DNA of 55,523 nucleotides from Alphaproteobacteria bacterium. Lineage in GTDB: Bacteria; Pseudomonadota; Alphaproteobacteria; Rickettsiales; UBA8987. Shown in pieces: positions 18,134-27,500 of this stretch (within the stretch, counting starts at the first letter, position 1; each line of letters starts with the position of its first letter). Position numbers and translations under genes: made by a program. The stretch spans positions 1 to 55,523 of the forward strand of contig JBKCHH010000059.1 of NCBI GenBank assembly GCA_046302855.1. Reading direction: 5' to 3'. Under the pieces are notes generated by a model. The model saw only the letters and a program-made list of their open reading frames with translations. It did no database searches and was not told where the DNA came from.

Positions 18134-19324
18134 CTATAATTTAAAGTAGTCTTTAATCGTATTAATATCCTTATCTCCCCTGCCACAAATATTTACAATA
18201 ATCACCTCATCTTTTTTCATTTTAGGGGCAACTTTAATAACATGAGCAAGGGCGTGGGCTGGTTCAAGGGCGGGGATAATTCCTTCTAGCTTGGCACATA
18301 GTTCTAGGGCATTTAACGCCTCTGTATCAGTAGCAGAAACATAAGAAATTAACCCTTGATCCTTTAAAAAAGCATGTTCTGGCCCAATACCTGGGTAATC
18401 AAGCCCTGCAGAAATAGAGTGAGTTTTACTTATCTGTCCCTCGCTGTTCTGCATAAGATAGGTTTTGTTGCCATGCAACACGCCAACCGAACCCTTTAAT
18501 AAAGAGGCTGAATGCTCGCTAGAATCAATACCCTTACCCCCTGCCTCTACCCCAATTTTTTTAACCTTTTTATCCTTTAAAAAGGCAGAAAATAACCCAA
18601 GAGCATTAGACCCACCGCCAACACAGGCAACTAGCAAGTTTGGCAATTTGCCCTCTTGCTTTATAATTTGTTTTTTTGCCTCGATACCAATTACGCTTTG
18701 AAAATCCCTCACCATCATAGGGTATGGGTGTGGGCCTGCAACTGTGCCAATTAAATAGTAGGTATCATCCACATTGCTTACCCAGTCTTTTATCGCCTCA
18801 TTCATTGCATCTTTTAAGGTGGCGGAGCCAGATTCTACGGGAACTACAGTGGCACCTAGCAACTTCATGCGGAAAACATTTAGGCTTTGCCTTTCCACAT
18901 CCTTTGCCCCCATGTAGATTACGCATTTCTTTTTAAACAGAGCGCAAACAGTAGCAGTTGCAACCCCATGTTGCCCAGCACCAGTTTCCGCAATAATTCT
19001 GCTCTTTCCCATCCTATCAGCCAGAATTATTTGACCAATACAGTGGTTAATCTTATGAGCACCGGTGTGATTTAATTCATCCCGCTTAAAATAAATTTTT
19101 GCACCGCACAAATATTCACTTAAATTCTTGGCGAAATAAAGAGGGCTTGGCCTGCCAGTATAGTGTTTGTTAAGTTTAGCAATCTGCTTCCAAAAATCTT
19201 TTGATTTTGTGGCCTTTTTATAGGCAGTTTCTAACTCTATTAGTAATGGCATTAGAGTTTCTGCTACATATCTGCCACCAAAGGCACCAAAATGCCCATT
19301 TGAATTTGGATAATTATACTTCAT
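18134..19324 (-). CDS. trpB: Tryptophan synthase beta chain
   Basis: Contains [13 protein letters not shown], the PLP-lysine motif HTGAHKINH, and GGGSNA. 396 aa. Confidence 0.93.
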   Translation of the reverse strand: MKYNYPNSNGHFGAFGGRYVAETLMPLLIELETAYKKATKSKDFWKQIAKLNKHYTGRPSPLYFAKNLSEYLCGAKIYFKRDELNHTGAHKINHCIGQIILADRMGKSRIIAETGAGQHGVATATVCALFKKKCVIYMGAKDVERQSLNVFRMKLLGATVVPVESGSATLKDAMNEAIKDWVSNVDDTYYLIGTVAGPHPYPMMVRDFQSVIGIEAKKQIIKQEGKLPNLLVACVGGGSNALGLFSAFLKDKKVKKIGVEAGGKGIDSSEHSASLLKGSVGVLHGNKTYLMQNSEGQISKTHSISAGLDYPGIGPEHAFLKDQGLISYVSATDTEALNALELCAKLEGIIPALEPAHALAHVIKVAPKMKKDEVIIVNICGRGDKDINTIKDYFKL

Positions 19325-20555
19325 ACAGATTTTTTATGGCGTATTTTTTTATCAACTCGACACCCGGTTGATTGAATGGATTAAGATTTAAATAATAGCA
19401 ACTGCTAATAGTATTTAAAAAATAATAGGCAAATAGACCTCCAATAGTTTTTTCATCTAAGGTTTTAAGCTCTATATATTTTACCCTTTGTTTTTTATCC
19501 ACAAGGGCTGAAATTGTGCCCTTTAGATGGGCCTGCAAAACTTGGGCTAAATTCTTATTATTCAAAAAATCTGATTTTTTTACCTTACCTATTGATAGAT
19601 TTTGCCCAAAGTTTTTTACACCAATTATTTCTATTAGCTTATTTTTTTGCCCATCTAGATAAAGCTGTAATTGACTATGCTGATCTGCTGTTCCGATTGC
19701 GGGATAAGGCATAATACCAAAGCCATCCTTACCAATAGATTCCCCCCATATTTGGCACAAAACAAGGTTAAAGTCTTTTAAACCGGTAATATAGGGCATA
19801 AAAACATAAGCATTTATTTCATCAATAGAATTAAGCGTTGCCAAAATTGCTTTGTGGATTTGTGAATTTGGCAGGGAGAAATTTTTAATAGTTTCATCTG
19901 CACCAGCTAAAATCTTTTCTACATCAAAACCCATAAAGCCACTTGGCACAAGCCCCACTAGTGAGAAAAAAGAAAATCTGCCACCAATTTCACTTTCATG
20001 CACAAAAATATTTTCTTTTTTGTGATTTTTTTCGGCAATTTCTCTTAAGCTATTTTGCCCCTCCCCCACTATAAAATAGCAGTTATTTTTGAAGAATATT
20101 TTATCTTTTAGGTAAGTTTTTAGGGCGTAATAAAGGCTAATGGTTTCAGAAGTTTCACCAGACTTACTAATAAACAAAAAACAGGTATCTTCATCTATAG
20201 AAGAAAATTTTTGGTTTATTTCTATAGGGTCTAAATAGTCTATAAACTCTACCCTTTTTTCGAGATCTTTATTGCCAAAATAACTTTCTAAACCAAGCAT
20301 TGCTTTTCCTGCCAGAACACTCCCACCCATTCCAAAAACATATAGGCTAGTAAAGTTTTTTCTTAAATTATAGGCGATTTTTATGGCAGTGTTTAGATTC
20401 TTTTCATCCCTTATAACGCCAAGTGATCTTATTTTTTTCCCTTCATTGGTATTTTCTATTTCATCTAAAATTCTTTTCTTTATTTCTAGATACTTCTTCT
20501 CTGTAGCTTGTTTTGGATTTATATTATGGGTGGTAATGGTAAATAACTCTGGCAT
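19314..20555 (-). CDS. pgi: Glucose-6-phosphate isomerase (short form)
   Basis: Contains the SIS motif [10 protein letters not shown] and GGRFS. 413 aa. Confidence 0.85.
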   Translation of the reverse strand: MPELFTITTHNINPKQATEKKYLEIKKRILDEIENTNEGKKIRSLGVIRDEKNLNTAIKIAYNLRKNFTSLYVFGMGGSVLAGKAMLGLESYFGNKDLEKRVEFIDYLDPIEINQKFSSIDEDTCFLFISKSGETSETISLYYALKTYLKDKIFFKNNCYFIVGEGQNSLREIAEKNHKKENIFVHESEIGGRFSFFSLVGLVPSGFMGFDVEKILAGADETIKNFSLPNSQIHKAILATLNSIDEINAYVFMPYITGLKDFNLVLCQIWGESIGKDGFGIMPYPAIGTADQHSQLQLYLDGQKNKLIEIIGVKNFGQNLSIGKVKKSDFLNNKNLAQVLQAHLKGTISALVDKKQRVKYIELKTLDEKTIGGLFAYYFLNTISSCYYLNLNPFNQPGVELIKKYAIKNLYEV

Positions 20556-20579
20556 AATTTTTAGTATATTTAATTTGAA

Positions 20580-21482
20580 ATGAAAAAAACAGTAAAAAAT
20601 ATTTTGGTGTTTGGAAAAAATGGGCAGTTAGCCAAGTCTTTAGCTAAAATTTCTAACCAACACAAAGAATTTAGCTTAACCTTTATTGATAGCAAAAAGG
20701 TAGATTTTTCTAAGCCAGATAATGTTATTGGTTTTTTAAGAACAATAAAAGAACCGCACTTCGCCATCATAAATACTTCCGCCTATACTAAGGTTGATTT
20801 GGCAGAAAAAGAAAATGATTTGTGCCACCTTATAAACACCACCACTCCCACCATTATAGCTAAATGGGCAAAAGAAAATGGCGTTATTTTTATTAGCTAT
20901 TCTACTGATTATGTTTTTGATGGCAAGGGAAGTGAACCCTACCAAGAAAACAACACCAAAAACCTTCATCCACTTGGCTTTTATGGATTGAGCAAATTAG
21001 AAATGGAGCGGGAAATTAGCAAAATTGATGGTAGCTATCTAATTTTTCGCACCTCTTGGCTTTATAGTGTGGATGGGGTTAACTTTCCAAATACCATGCT
21101 ACGATTATTTAAAGAAAAAGAAATTATAAGGGTAGTGGATGATCAATATGGCTCCCCCACTAATTCCCTAGATGTTGCCAGTGCCACGCTAGAGGTGCTA
21201 AAAAAAGGGGCAAAGATAAAGGGAATATATAATTTAGTAAATGCGGGCTATACTAGCTGGTATAGTTTTGCCCTATTCATTTTAGATGGTTATAAGAAAA
21301 ATAATCTTTTAGTTAGGGAGATAATCCCCCAAATAATCCCAATTTCATCTGCAGAATATCCAACCCTTGCTAAAAGACCGCTTAATTCAAGGCTAAATTG
21401 CTCTAAAATAGAACAAGATTATGGGATAGTGTTAAGAACTTGGCAGAGGGCTTTTGATGATTTTTTAGGCAAAAAAACTTAA
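20580..21482 (+). CDS. rfbD: dTDP-4-dehydrorhamnose reductase
   Basis: 300 aa with N-terminal LVFGKNGQLA and YGLSKLEME (YxxxK), an RmlD-type layout. Confidence 0.82.
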   Translation: MKKTVKNILVFGKNGQLAKSLAKISNQHKEFSLTFIDSKKVDFSKPDNVIGFLRTIKEPHFAIINTSAYTKVDLAEKENDLCHLINTTTPTIIAKWAKENGVIFISYSTDYVFDGKGSEPYQENNTKNLHPLGFYGLSKLEMEREISKIDGSYLIFRTSWLYSVDGVNFPNTMLRLFKEKEIIRVVDDQYGSPTNSLDVASATLEVLKKGAKIKGIYNLVNAGYTSWYSFALFILDGYKKNNLLVREIIPQIIPISSAEYPTLAKRPLNSRLNCSKIEQDYGIVLRTWQRAFDDFLGKKT

Positions 21483-21736
21483 GCCTTAGTTTTCCCCTTC
21501 TTTTTAGAAGGGGCTTTTGAAGCTACCTTTATATGTTCAATTTTTTTTACTTCTTCTTGGTTTTTTTGATATTCTTCTTCCTGTTTGCTTAAAACTGTAT
21601 CCTCTGTATTTAAACTTTTACGAAAGTTGCGAATTCCCACCCCTAAATCTCCCATAACTTTTGGTAGCTTGCCCGCCCCAAAAAGCACCAGAATTAACAC
21701 CAAAATCAACAGAATTTCAAAAGGACCAAATGACAT
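21479..21736 (-). CDS. tatA: Twin-arginine translocase subunit TatA
   Basis: Contains MSFGPFEILLILVLILVLFGAGKLPKVMGDLGVGIRNFRKS. Confidence 0.9.
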   Translation of the reverse strand: MSFGPFEILLILVLILVLFGAGKLPKVMGDLGVGIRNFRKSLNTEDTVLSKQEEEYQKNQEEVKKIEHIKVASKAPSKKKGKTKA

Positions 21737-21796
21737 AAACTATACCTCTTACAGCCTCTATAATTAAACTATTGCTATTATCAATATTATATTGCT

Positions 21797-21940
21797 AAGA
21801 CCTCTGCATAATTCGCTTATATGAAATTTTTATGCTTTTGCCTCGAAGCGGAAAACCGGAGTTTACTAATTGTAAATGAGGATTTGAGCATCGAAGCAAA
21901 TGCTTAAAAATCCATAGAAGTAGAATTAGGCAAGGTCTTT
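21797..21940 (+). repeat. Family-B palindromic repeat element, copy B2
   Basis: About 88% identical to 46047-46192. Termini are AAGACC/GGTCTT. Its right end supplies 2 nt of the cobS-like stop codon. Confidence 0.88.
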
Positions 21941-22868
21941 ATTCTAGTTCCCTATTAAAAGCCCTCTGATAAAACTCTTTTATCAGATTTAAATCATTGG
22001 CATCGCACTTGTTTAAAAAGGCGAATTTTAGGGCTAGGTTTAAATCACCAAAAATTACCAAATTTTCGCACCAAGAAATCATGGTTCTGGGGGAAACTAA
22101 CACCGCCAAATCACCATTTTTAAAAGCATTGCGTGTAAGGGAAGCAAAGCCCACCATTTTAGTTAATTCCGCACTATATTTCTGCATTTTCGGAATTTTT
22201 AGTAGAAGCATTTTAATTTCCTTTTCAACTGGAATATAGTCTTGGTGAATTATTATATTCCACCTATCCAGCTGACCTTGGTTTACCATATTAGTGCCGT
22301 GATACAAACCAGTTTCATCCCCAAGCCCTATAGTATTAGCAGTGGCAAAAAGGCGAAAATTTGGGTGGGGTTCAATAATTCTATTTTCTTCAGATAGGGT
22401 AAGTTTACCTTCACTTTCTAGAACCCTTTGTAGCACAAACATCACTTCAGGCCTGCCTGCATCATATTCATCAAAAATTAGTGCCACGCCCTTTTCCATA
22501 GCCCAAGGTAAAATACCCTGCTTAAATTCAGTTATTTGCTTGCCATCTTTTAAAGAAATTACATCCCGCCCAATTAAATCAATTCTACCTATATGACCAT
22601 CTAAATTCACCCTTACGCATGGCCAAGCAAGCCTATTTGCAATCTGTTCAATGTGGGAAGATTTTCCACTGCCGTGCAAACCATATACCAACACTCTTTT
22701 ATTAAAGGCAAAGCCAGCCAGCAGGGCTTTAGTAATTTCAGCATCGAAAAAGTAAGAGTCATCTTTTTTAGGAATGTAGCTTTGCAGATTACTTTCTATT
22801 TTTGGTGGCGAAAAGCTAATATCAAAATCAAGCCCAAAAATTTCTTTTATGCTATTTTTATTAAACAT
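21939..22868 (-). CDS. cobS: CobS-like AAA+ ATPase (cobaltochelatase subunit S homologue)
   Basis: Contains Walker A GLHGSGKSS, IFDEYD, and RLFATANT. 309 aa. Confidence 0.8.
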   Translation of the reverse strand: MFNKNSIKEIFGLDFDISFSPPKIESNLQSYIPKKDDSYFFDAEITKALLAGFAFNKRVLVYGLHGSGKSSHIEQIANRLAWPCVRVNLDGHIGRIDLIGRDVISLKDGKQITEFKQGILPWAMEKGVALIFDEYDAGRPEVMFVLQRVLESEGKLTLSEENRIIEPHPNFRLFATANTIGLGDETGLYHGTNMVNQGQLDRWNIIIHQDYIPVEKEIKMLLLKIPKMQKYSAELTKMVGFASLTRNAFKNGDLAVLVSPRTMISWCENLVIFGDLNLALKFAFLNKCDANDLNLIKEFYQRAFNRELE

Positions 22869-22980
22869 CTTGATTAAAATGCTCTTGTATTTTTGTTTAA
22901 GAGTGTTAATAACCAGCCCTCTTTTAAAGTCCAGAAGTCTTTGATAATTTTCAAGGTATGCTTCAAATTATGACTTTATG

Positions 22981-23057
22981 GGGGACGTAGTTCAATTGGT
23001 TAGAACGCTGCCCTGTCACGGCAGAGGTTGCGGGTTCGAGCCCCGTCGTCCCCGCCA
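22981..23057 (+). tRNA. tRNA-Asp (anticodon GUC), CCA encoded
   Basis: Acceptor GGGGACG/CGTCCCC, anticodon stem CTGCC/GGCAG, loop cTGTCAc, T-loop TTCGAGC, 77 nt. Confidence 0.92.
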
Positions 23058-23094
23058 TGTTTCCTATATACTAGAAAACTCTAGATTATGGCTT

Positions 23095-26000
23095 CTATAC
23101 TTTTAAAACCTCATCAATTTGTTTCATAAGCTTATCTGTTTCAAAAAGAGCTAATATAATTTTTTGGTAATGGGTGATGTCGTCATAGGTTAGAGTTCTA
23201 GTTTTGCGGTCTTTTAGCCATTTTTGGGCTGGTTGATAACCGCCAATATAAAAGTTCCAAGCTATCTCTGGCACATTGTTGAAATATTGGGTTTTGTTTA
23301 TGTAAACCTTGCCATCTTTATATTCTGGCTTTTCAATTTTGTTATCACCATCAACATCATAACTGCAAATTGGTTTTGCAAGCAATGGGCTTTCAAGTAA
23401 ATGAAGTTCACGAATTTGTTTGCCAAGTGCAACCAATTGCCAGAAGGTTGCTTTTTCTGGATATGGAATGCGAGGAAAATCTATTTTTAAAAACTCTTTA
23501 TATTTTTCCCTATATGCAGGGCTGTGCAGAACGGCATAGATATAATCTAGCAAGTCGAGAGGGCTGAAAGAGGTTTTACCATCTGCTTTTATATCTTCGT
23601 GGTCTGGCACGAAGGGCAAGCCAAGCTTCTGCGATATTTCTTTAACTATTTTAGGGTTAAGGTTTGGTTCTCGATTATTTTCAAGACCATCTTGATATAA
23701 ATAAAGAGGACAAAATATTGAGCCAGTTGTTCTTTCTGCACATTTTACTTCTGAAAAATATCTTGATATAAAAAAATGGTCAGCTGCATCAGATTTGTTA
23801 CTCCTGCCAAATAACAAACAATAATTTGGATTATATGCTGAATGTTTTGCAATATTATACCTAGAGCGATAAGACTTTGGAATTTTCAAATTATCGGATT
23901 TAATATCATTAATTGATTTTAAAAATAGCATCCATCTAGTATCAAAGGGCTTTTGTGTGTATTTTGATATTAGTTTCTCTGAAATAGAAATCTCAGATAT
24001 ATTAAATATTTTATTTTTTAATTCCTCACTAGACAAATCAGTTAGATTTTCTTCATCGCCTGTTTGAACTCCAGTGCTATTTAAATTAAACAGTTTATTT
24101 AATATTACACCGTTATCATAAGCTCCGCTTAGTTTATAATTTTGTGGGTTAAATAAATAGTATGGCTTTTGGTATTCAACTTTTTTGAACTCAATATTAT
24201 TTAATGATTTTTCCCATAATAGATTGTATTTGTCTTCCCTTTTGCCCCAAAAATCTGCGTGATTAACTTCTGCTAATTTAGATTTCTTTTGACTGGTTTT
24301 TATAGCTATTATAATTGCTACGCCCTGCTCAATATCAAATACATTTTGGTCTATACTACCATCTAGGGAAATTTCTTTTTTCTTTGAGTTGCCGTGTAGG
24401 TCTATAATATAAATGTGGTCAAAAGTATTTAACAAGTGCCATCTCATACCCCTAAAAGTAGGGTTATCTATATAACCGTGATTAGTAATGTAAGCTAGGA
24501 TACCTTCGCCATTTTTATTTACATAATGTTCGCCATATCTAATAAATTTTACATAATCATCATGAAGCCAATGTTTTCGCTCCCCAAAATGTTCGCCATC
24601 AACATATTTATATTCTTCAATTAAGTTTACTATCCATTCACCCATGTTTGAGGAAACTCCTGAATAAGGTGGGTTGCCAAAGGCTACCATTACTGGCATA
24701 TCTTTTTTAACTAGGTTTGCCTCTTGTGCCTCTTTTGAAAGCCAGTTTACAAATAGCGTGCCTGTATCTGGGTGGGCTTCCTCTAAACTATTGGTTAGGT
24801 AAACACTAAGGCGTTTAGGGTTGCTGATATTTTTTGGTTTATAGCCAAGTTGTTCAAGCAATAAGTCTATTTTTAAATGGCACATAGCATAGCTTGCCAT
24901 TAAAATTTCAAACCCGTGCAGGCGTGGCAATAGATGTTCTTCAACATAACTGCTCCACATACCTTTTTGGTTTTCAAACTTGGCTTTGTATATCTGCTTT
25001 ACAACCTCTGCAATAAAAGTGCCTGTACCTGTTGCAACATCTAGCAGTTGCACTTTATGAACTTCAATTTCTTTCTGGGCTTTACCTGTTTTTGTTCTTT
25101 TATCAAAAGCCTGTTCATCAACTTTTATTTTTACTTTTTCAGTTGTTGCTAAACCATCTGGCAGATTAAAATATTTTTTCAAACAGTCATCAATTGCCCT
25201 TATGATAAAATTTACCACTGGTTCTGGAGTATACCACACACCTCGTGACTTTCTAAGTTTAGGGTCATATTCAGCTAGAAAGCTTTCATAAAAGTGAACT
25301 ATAGGGTCATTCCTGCCATCTTTCTTGCCGAAATCTTGCAATATATCGCCAATGTTGGTTGCACGATAAACTTCGCACAGGGCATCTACAATCCACACAA
25401 CCCTATCATCTAGTTGCGCACCAGAGATATAATCAAAAAGCTGGCGCAAAAACGGATTGCTTTTTGGTATCAGTTCCCTTGCTTCCTGCCTTGAGAATGT
25501 TTCTAGCGTGGTATCATGCAATCTAGCTGTGAACATTCCATAAGTTACAGTTTGGGCGTATATATCGGCAAATTGTTCTTTTGAAAGGTCGTGTATTAAT
25601 ATTTTTTTGAAGGCCTCATACTGGTCATGCAATGTGTTGTTTTCATAGTTTTCGCTAAGGGCTTTAGCAAAAACATCTTTCATTAGTATTGCTTTTTTAG
25701 CCATCATGCTAGCCAAAGCTTTGGCAGATTTTATAGTTTGCCCCGTATATTCAAGGAAGTTAATTAGCAACGCTTCTGCCTGTGCAAAATTTTCTGGCAG
25801 TGGTTTTAGCTGATTGCCAGATATTTCTGCTATTTTAACTTCGGCAACCTTTTGCCCTTTTACGAAAAATCTAAAATCAAAATAATCAGTTAAAATAAGG
25901 TTATCTAAGCTTTGGGTATAGCGTTTTAGTTGGTCTGTTTTTTCATGTTCATTAAGGTTTTGCCCTATATCTTTGGCTTCAATATAGCCAATATCTATAT

Positions 26001-26193
26001 CTGTTTTATGCTTGGTTTTGGTTATAATATAATCTGGTGCGCCACATTTTTGGCGTTTAGGTTCATTAGTTGCCTTGATATTTTCTGCAAGGCTTTCAAT
26101 ATAGGCTTTAAACAAAGGGCGGTATGTATGCTCGGTTGCATTACCCTGCTTAAAAGTATTACTAAGTTTGGTTATGTATTCTTGCGTGTTCAT
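23095..26193 (-). CDS. Single-polypeptide type IIG / type ISP-like restriction-modification enzyme (PD-ExK nuclease + gamma-class N6-adenine methyltransferase + C-terminal specificity domain)
   Basis: 1032 aa. N-terminal ATEHTYR...CGAPDYIIT...IGYIEAKDIG (PD-(D/E)xK), MTase motif I LDVATGTGTF, motif IV FGNPPYSG, and C-terminal IGGYQPAQKWLKDRKTRTLTYDDITHYQKII. Confidence 0.85.
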   Translation of the reverse strand: MNTQEYITKLSNTFKQGNATEHTYRPLFKAYIESLAENIKATNEPKRQKCGAPDYIITKTKHKTDIDIGYIEAKDIGQNLNEHEKTDQLKRYTQSLDNLILTDYFDFRFFVKGQKVAEVKIAEISGNQLKPLPENFAQAEALLINFLEYTGQTIKSAKALASMMAKKAILMKDVFAKALSENYENNTLHDQYEAFKKILIHDLSKEQFADIYAQTVTYGMFTARLHDTTLETFSRQEARELIPKSNPFLRQLFDYISGAQLDDRVVWIVDALCEVYRATNIGDILQDFGKKDGRNDPIVHFYESFLAEYDPKLRKSRGVWYTPEPVVNFIIRAIDDCLKKYFNLPDGLATTEKVKIKVDEQAFDKRTKTGKAQKEIEVHKVQLLDVATGTGTFIAEVVKQIYKAKFENQKGMWSSYVEEHLLPRLHGFEILMASYAMCHLKIDLLLEQLGYKPKNISNPKRLSVYLTNSLEEAHPDTGTLFVNWLSKEAQEANLVKKDMPVMVAFGNPPYSGVSSNMGEWIVNLIEEYKYVDGEHFGERKHWLHDDYVKFIRYGEHYVNKNGEGILAYITNHGYIDNPTFRGMRWHLLNTFDHIYIIDLHGNSKKKEISLDGSIDQNVFDIEQGVAIIIAIKTSQKKSKLAEVNHADFWGKREDKYNLLWEKSLNNIEFKKVEYQKPYYLFNPQNYKLSGAYDNGVILNKLFNLNSTGVQTGDEENLTDLSSEELKNKIFNISEISISEKLISKYTQKPFDTRWMLFLKSINDIKSDNLKIPKSYRSRYNIAKHSAYNPNYCLLFGRSNKSDAADHFFISRYFSEVKCAERTTGSIFCPLYLYQDGLENNREPNLNPKIVKEISQKLGLPFVPDHEDIKADGKTSFSPLDLLDYIYAVLHSPAYREKYKEFLKIDFPRIPYPEKATFWQLVALGKQIRELHLLESPLLAKPICSYDVDGDNKIEKPEYKDGKVYINKTQYFNNVPEIAWNFYIGGYQPAQKWLKDRKTRTLTYDDITHYQKIILALFETDKLMKQIDEVLKV

Positions 26194-26567
26194 TACAATT
26201 TTTTTAAGTAGCTAACAAATTCAGGTTCTATCCAATTAATAATATCAATAATGTTTTGATTATATTTTGCCAAGTCATACTTTAAAATTGGTTCATAATG
26301 TGCAACTCTATTTCTAAGTTTTAATATAGGGTGCAATCGTTTGCTTACATCTTTTCTGAAAGTAGCCTCTTTTGTTTTTGGAAAGGCTTTTCTTAGGCAA
26401 TATCGCCATAAATTATCATAACCTGCGGTATGCCTGCTTTTTTCTATAAATGGTTTTCTGGTCAGCATAGTAGCAGAGCCATAAAAACAATATTTCGTAT
26501 GTGCGGAATTAAAAACACTTCCACGAAAGTTTTTGGCTTGGTTTCGCCCACTAGCCCTTCCAACCAA
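26193..26567 (-). CDS. Abi_2 (AbiD/AbiF-like) abortive-infection protein, C-terminal half only (N-terminally truncated remnant or mini-Abi)
   Basis: Contains LKLRNRVAHYEPIL, the signature R-N-x-x-A-H, followed by a ...INWIEPEF tail. It has no ATG start (TTG at 26567) and an in-frame TAA about 80 nt upstream. Its stop overlaps the RM start (TAATG). Confidence 0.6.
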   Translation of the reverse strand: MVGRASGRNQAKNFRGSVFNSAHTKYCFYGSATMLTRKPFIEKSRHTAGYDNLWRYCLRKAFPKTKEATFRKDVSKRLHPILKLRNRVAHYEPILKYDLAKYNQNIIDIINWIEPEFVSYLKKL

Positions 26568-26664
26568 AGGTTTTCTAGATATATTGCAACCGCCTATAAG
26601 ATGGGTGAGAATTTGTAAATCTAGTATTTTACAATTAGCGATTTAAGAATTAAAATATTTTCCT

Positions 26665-27471
26665 ATGCCAGATATTGCGAGCCTTATACAGCAAGGTGCT
26701 ATTCACCTGTGGATTTTTATACCTACAGCTATTTTGCTAGGCAGCTTGCATGGGTTAGAACCAGGCCATTCTAAAACCATGATGGCGGCTTTTATTATTG
26801 CAGTGCGTGGAACGGTGAAACAAGCAGTTCTACTTGGGCTTTCTGCCACTATTTCTCACACTTTAGTTGTTTGGCTGGTTGCAATAACTGGCATGTATTT
26901 TTTAGGTGGAAAATTTGATGCTGAAACTACCGAGCCTTACTTTCAGATAGCCTCTGGTGTTTTAATAATAGCAATTGCCCTGTGGATGCTTTACCGAATT
27001 TTAAAACATCATAATAACTACAAGCACAAGCACAGCCACAGTAAACATTCCGCCATAGATATAGTATCGCCAGAATATCAAGATGCCCACGCGGTAGCCC
27101 ACGCTAATGATATTCGCCACCACTTTGCAAATAGAAGCGTAACAAATGGGCAGATTATAGCTTTTGGCTTAACTGGCGGGCTAATCCCCTGCCCTGCTTC
27201 AATTACCGTGCTTTTACTTTGCCTGCAGTTAAAAAAAATTGCCTTAGGAGGCTTGTTAGTTTTGTGTTTTAGCATAGGGCTTGCCATTACCCTAGTGGCA
27301 TCTGGCATTATAGCTACCATTAGCACGCGTAAGATGGCCAAGAAAATGTCTAAGGGTTTTGGTGCTAAATTTAGCAGAATTGCTAGAAACGCCCCCTATT
27401 TTTCAGTTGGCTTAATAGTTCTAATTGGCTCTTATGTTAGCTATCATGGGTTAAGGGGAATTGTAAATTAG
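26665..27471 (+). CDS. Nickel/cobalt efflux transporter, NicO/RcnA family
   Basis: Contains HGLEPGHSKTMMAAF, a His-rich loop HHNNYKHKHSHSKHS, and GGLIPCPAS. About 6 TM segments. Confidence 0.82.
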   Translation: MPDIASLIQQGAIHLWIFIPTAILLGSLHGLEPGHSKTMMAAFIIAVRGTVKQAVLLGLSATISHTLVVWLVAITGMYFLGGKFDAETTEPYFQIASGVLIIAIALWMLYRILKHHNNYKHKHSHSKHSAIDIVSPEYQDAHAVAHANDIRHHFANRSVTNGQIIAFGLTGGLIPCPASITVLLLCLQLKKIALGGLLVLCFSIGLAITLVASGIIATISTRKMAKKMSKGFGAKFSRIARNAPYFSVGLIVLIGSYVSYHGLRGIVN

Positions 27472-27500
27472 AAGTAAAAAAGGGGGCAATGACTAATTTT

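Noticed and set aside
23058-26664. The 8-nt direct repeat TTTCCTAT at 23060-23067 and 26655-26662, considered as a possible target-site duplication or att pair bounding the RM islet.
   Set aside because: It is too short for AT-rich DNA and chance is plausible. It does not correspond to the tRNA-Asp 3' end, and there is no integrase.
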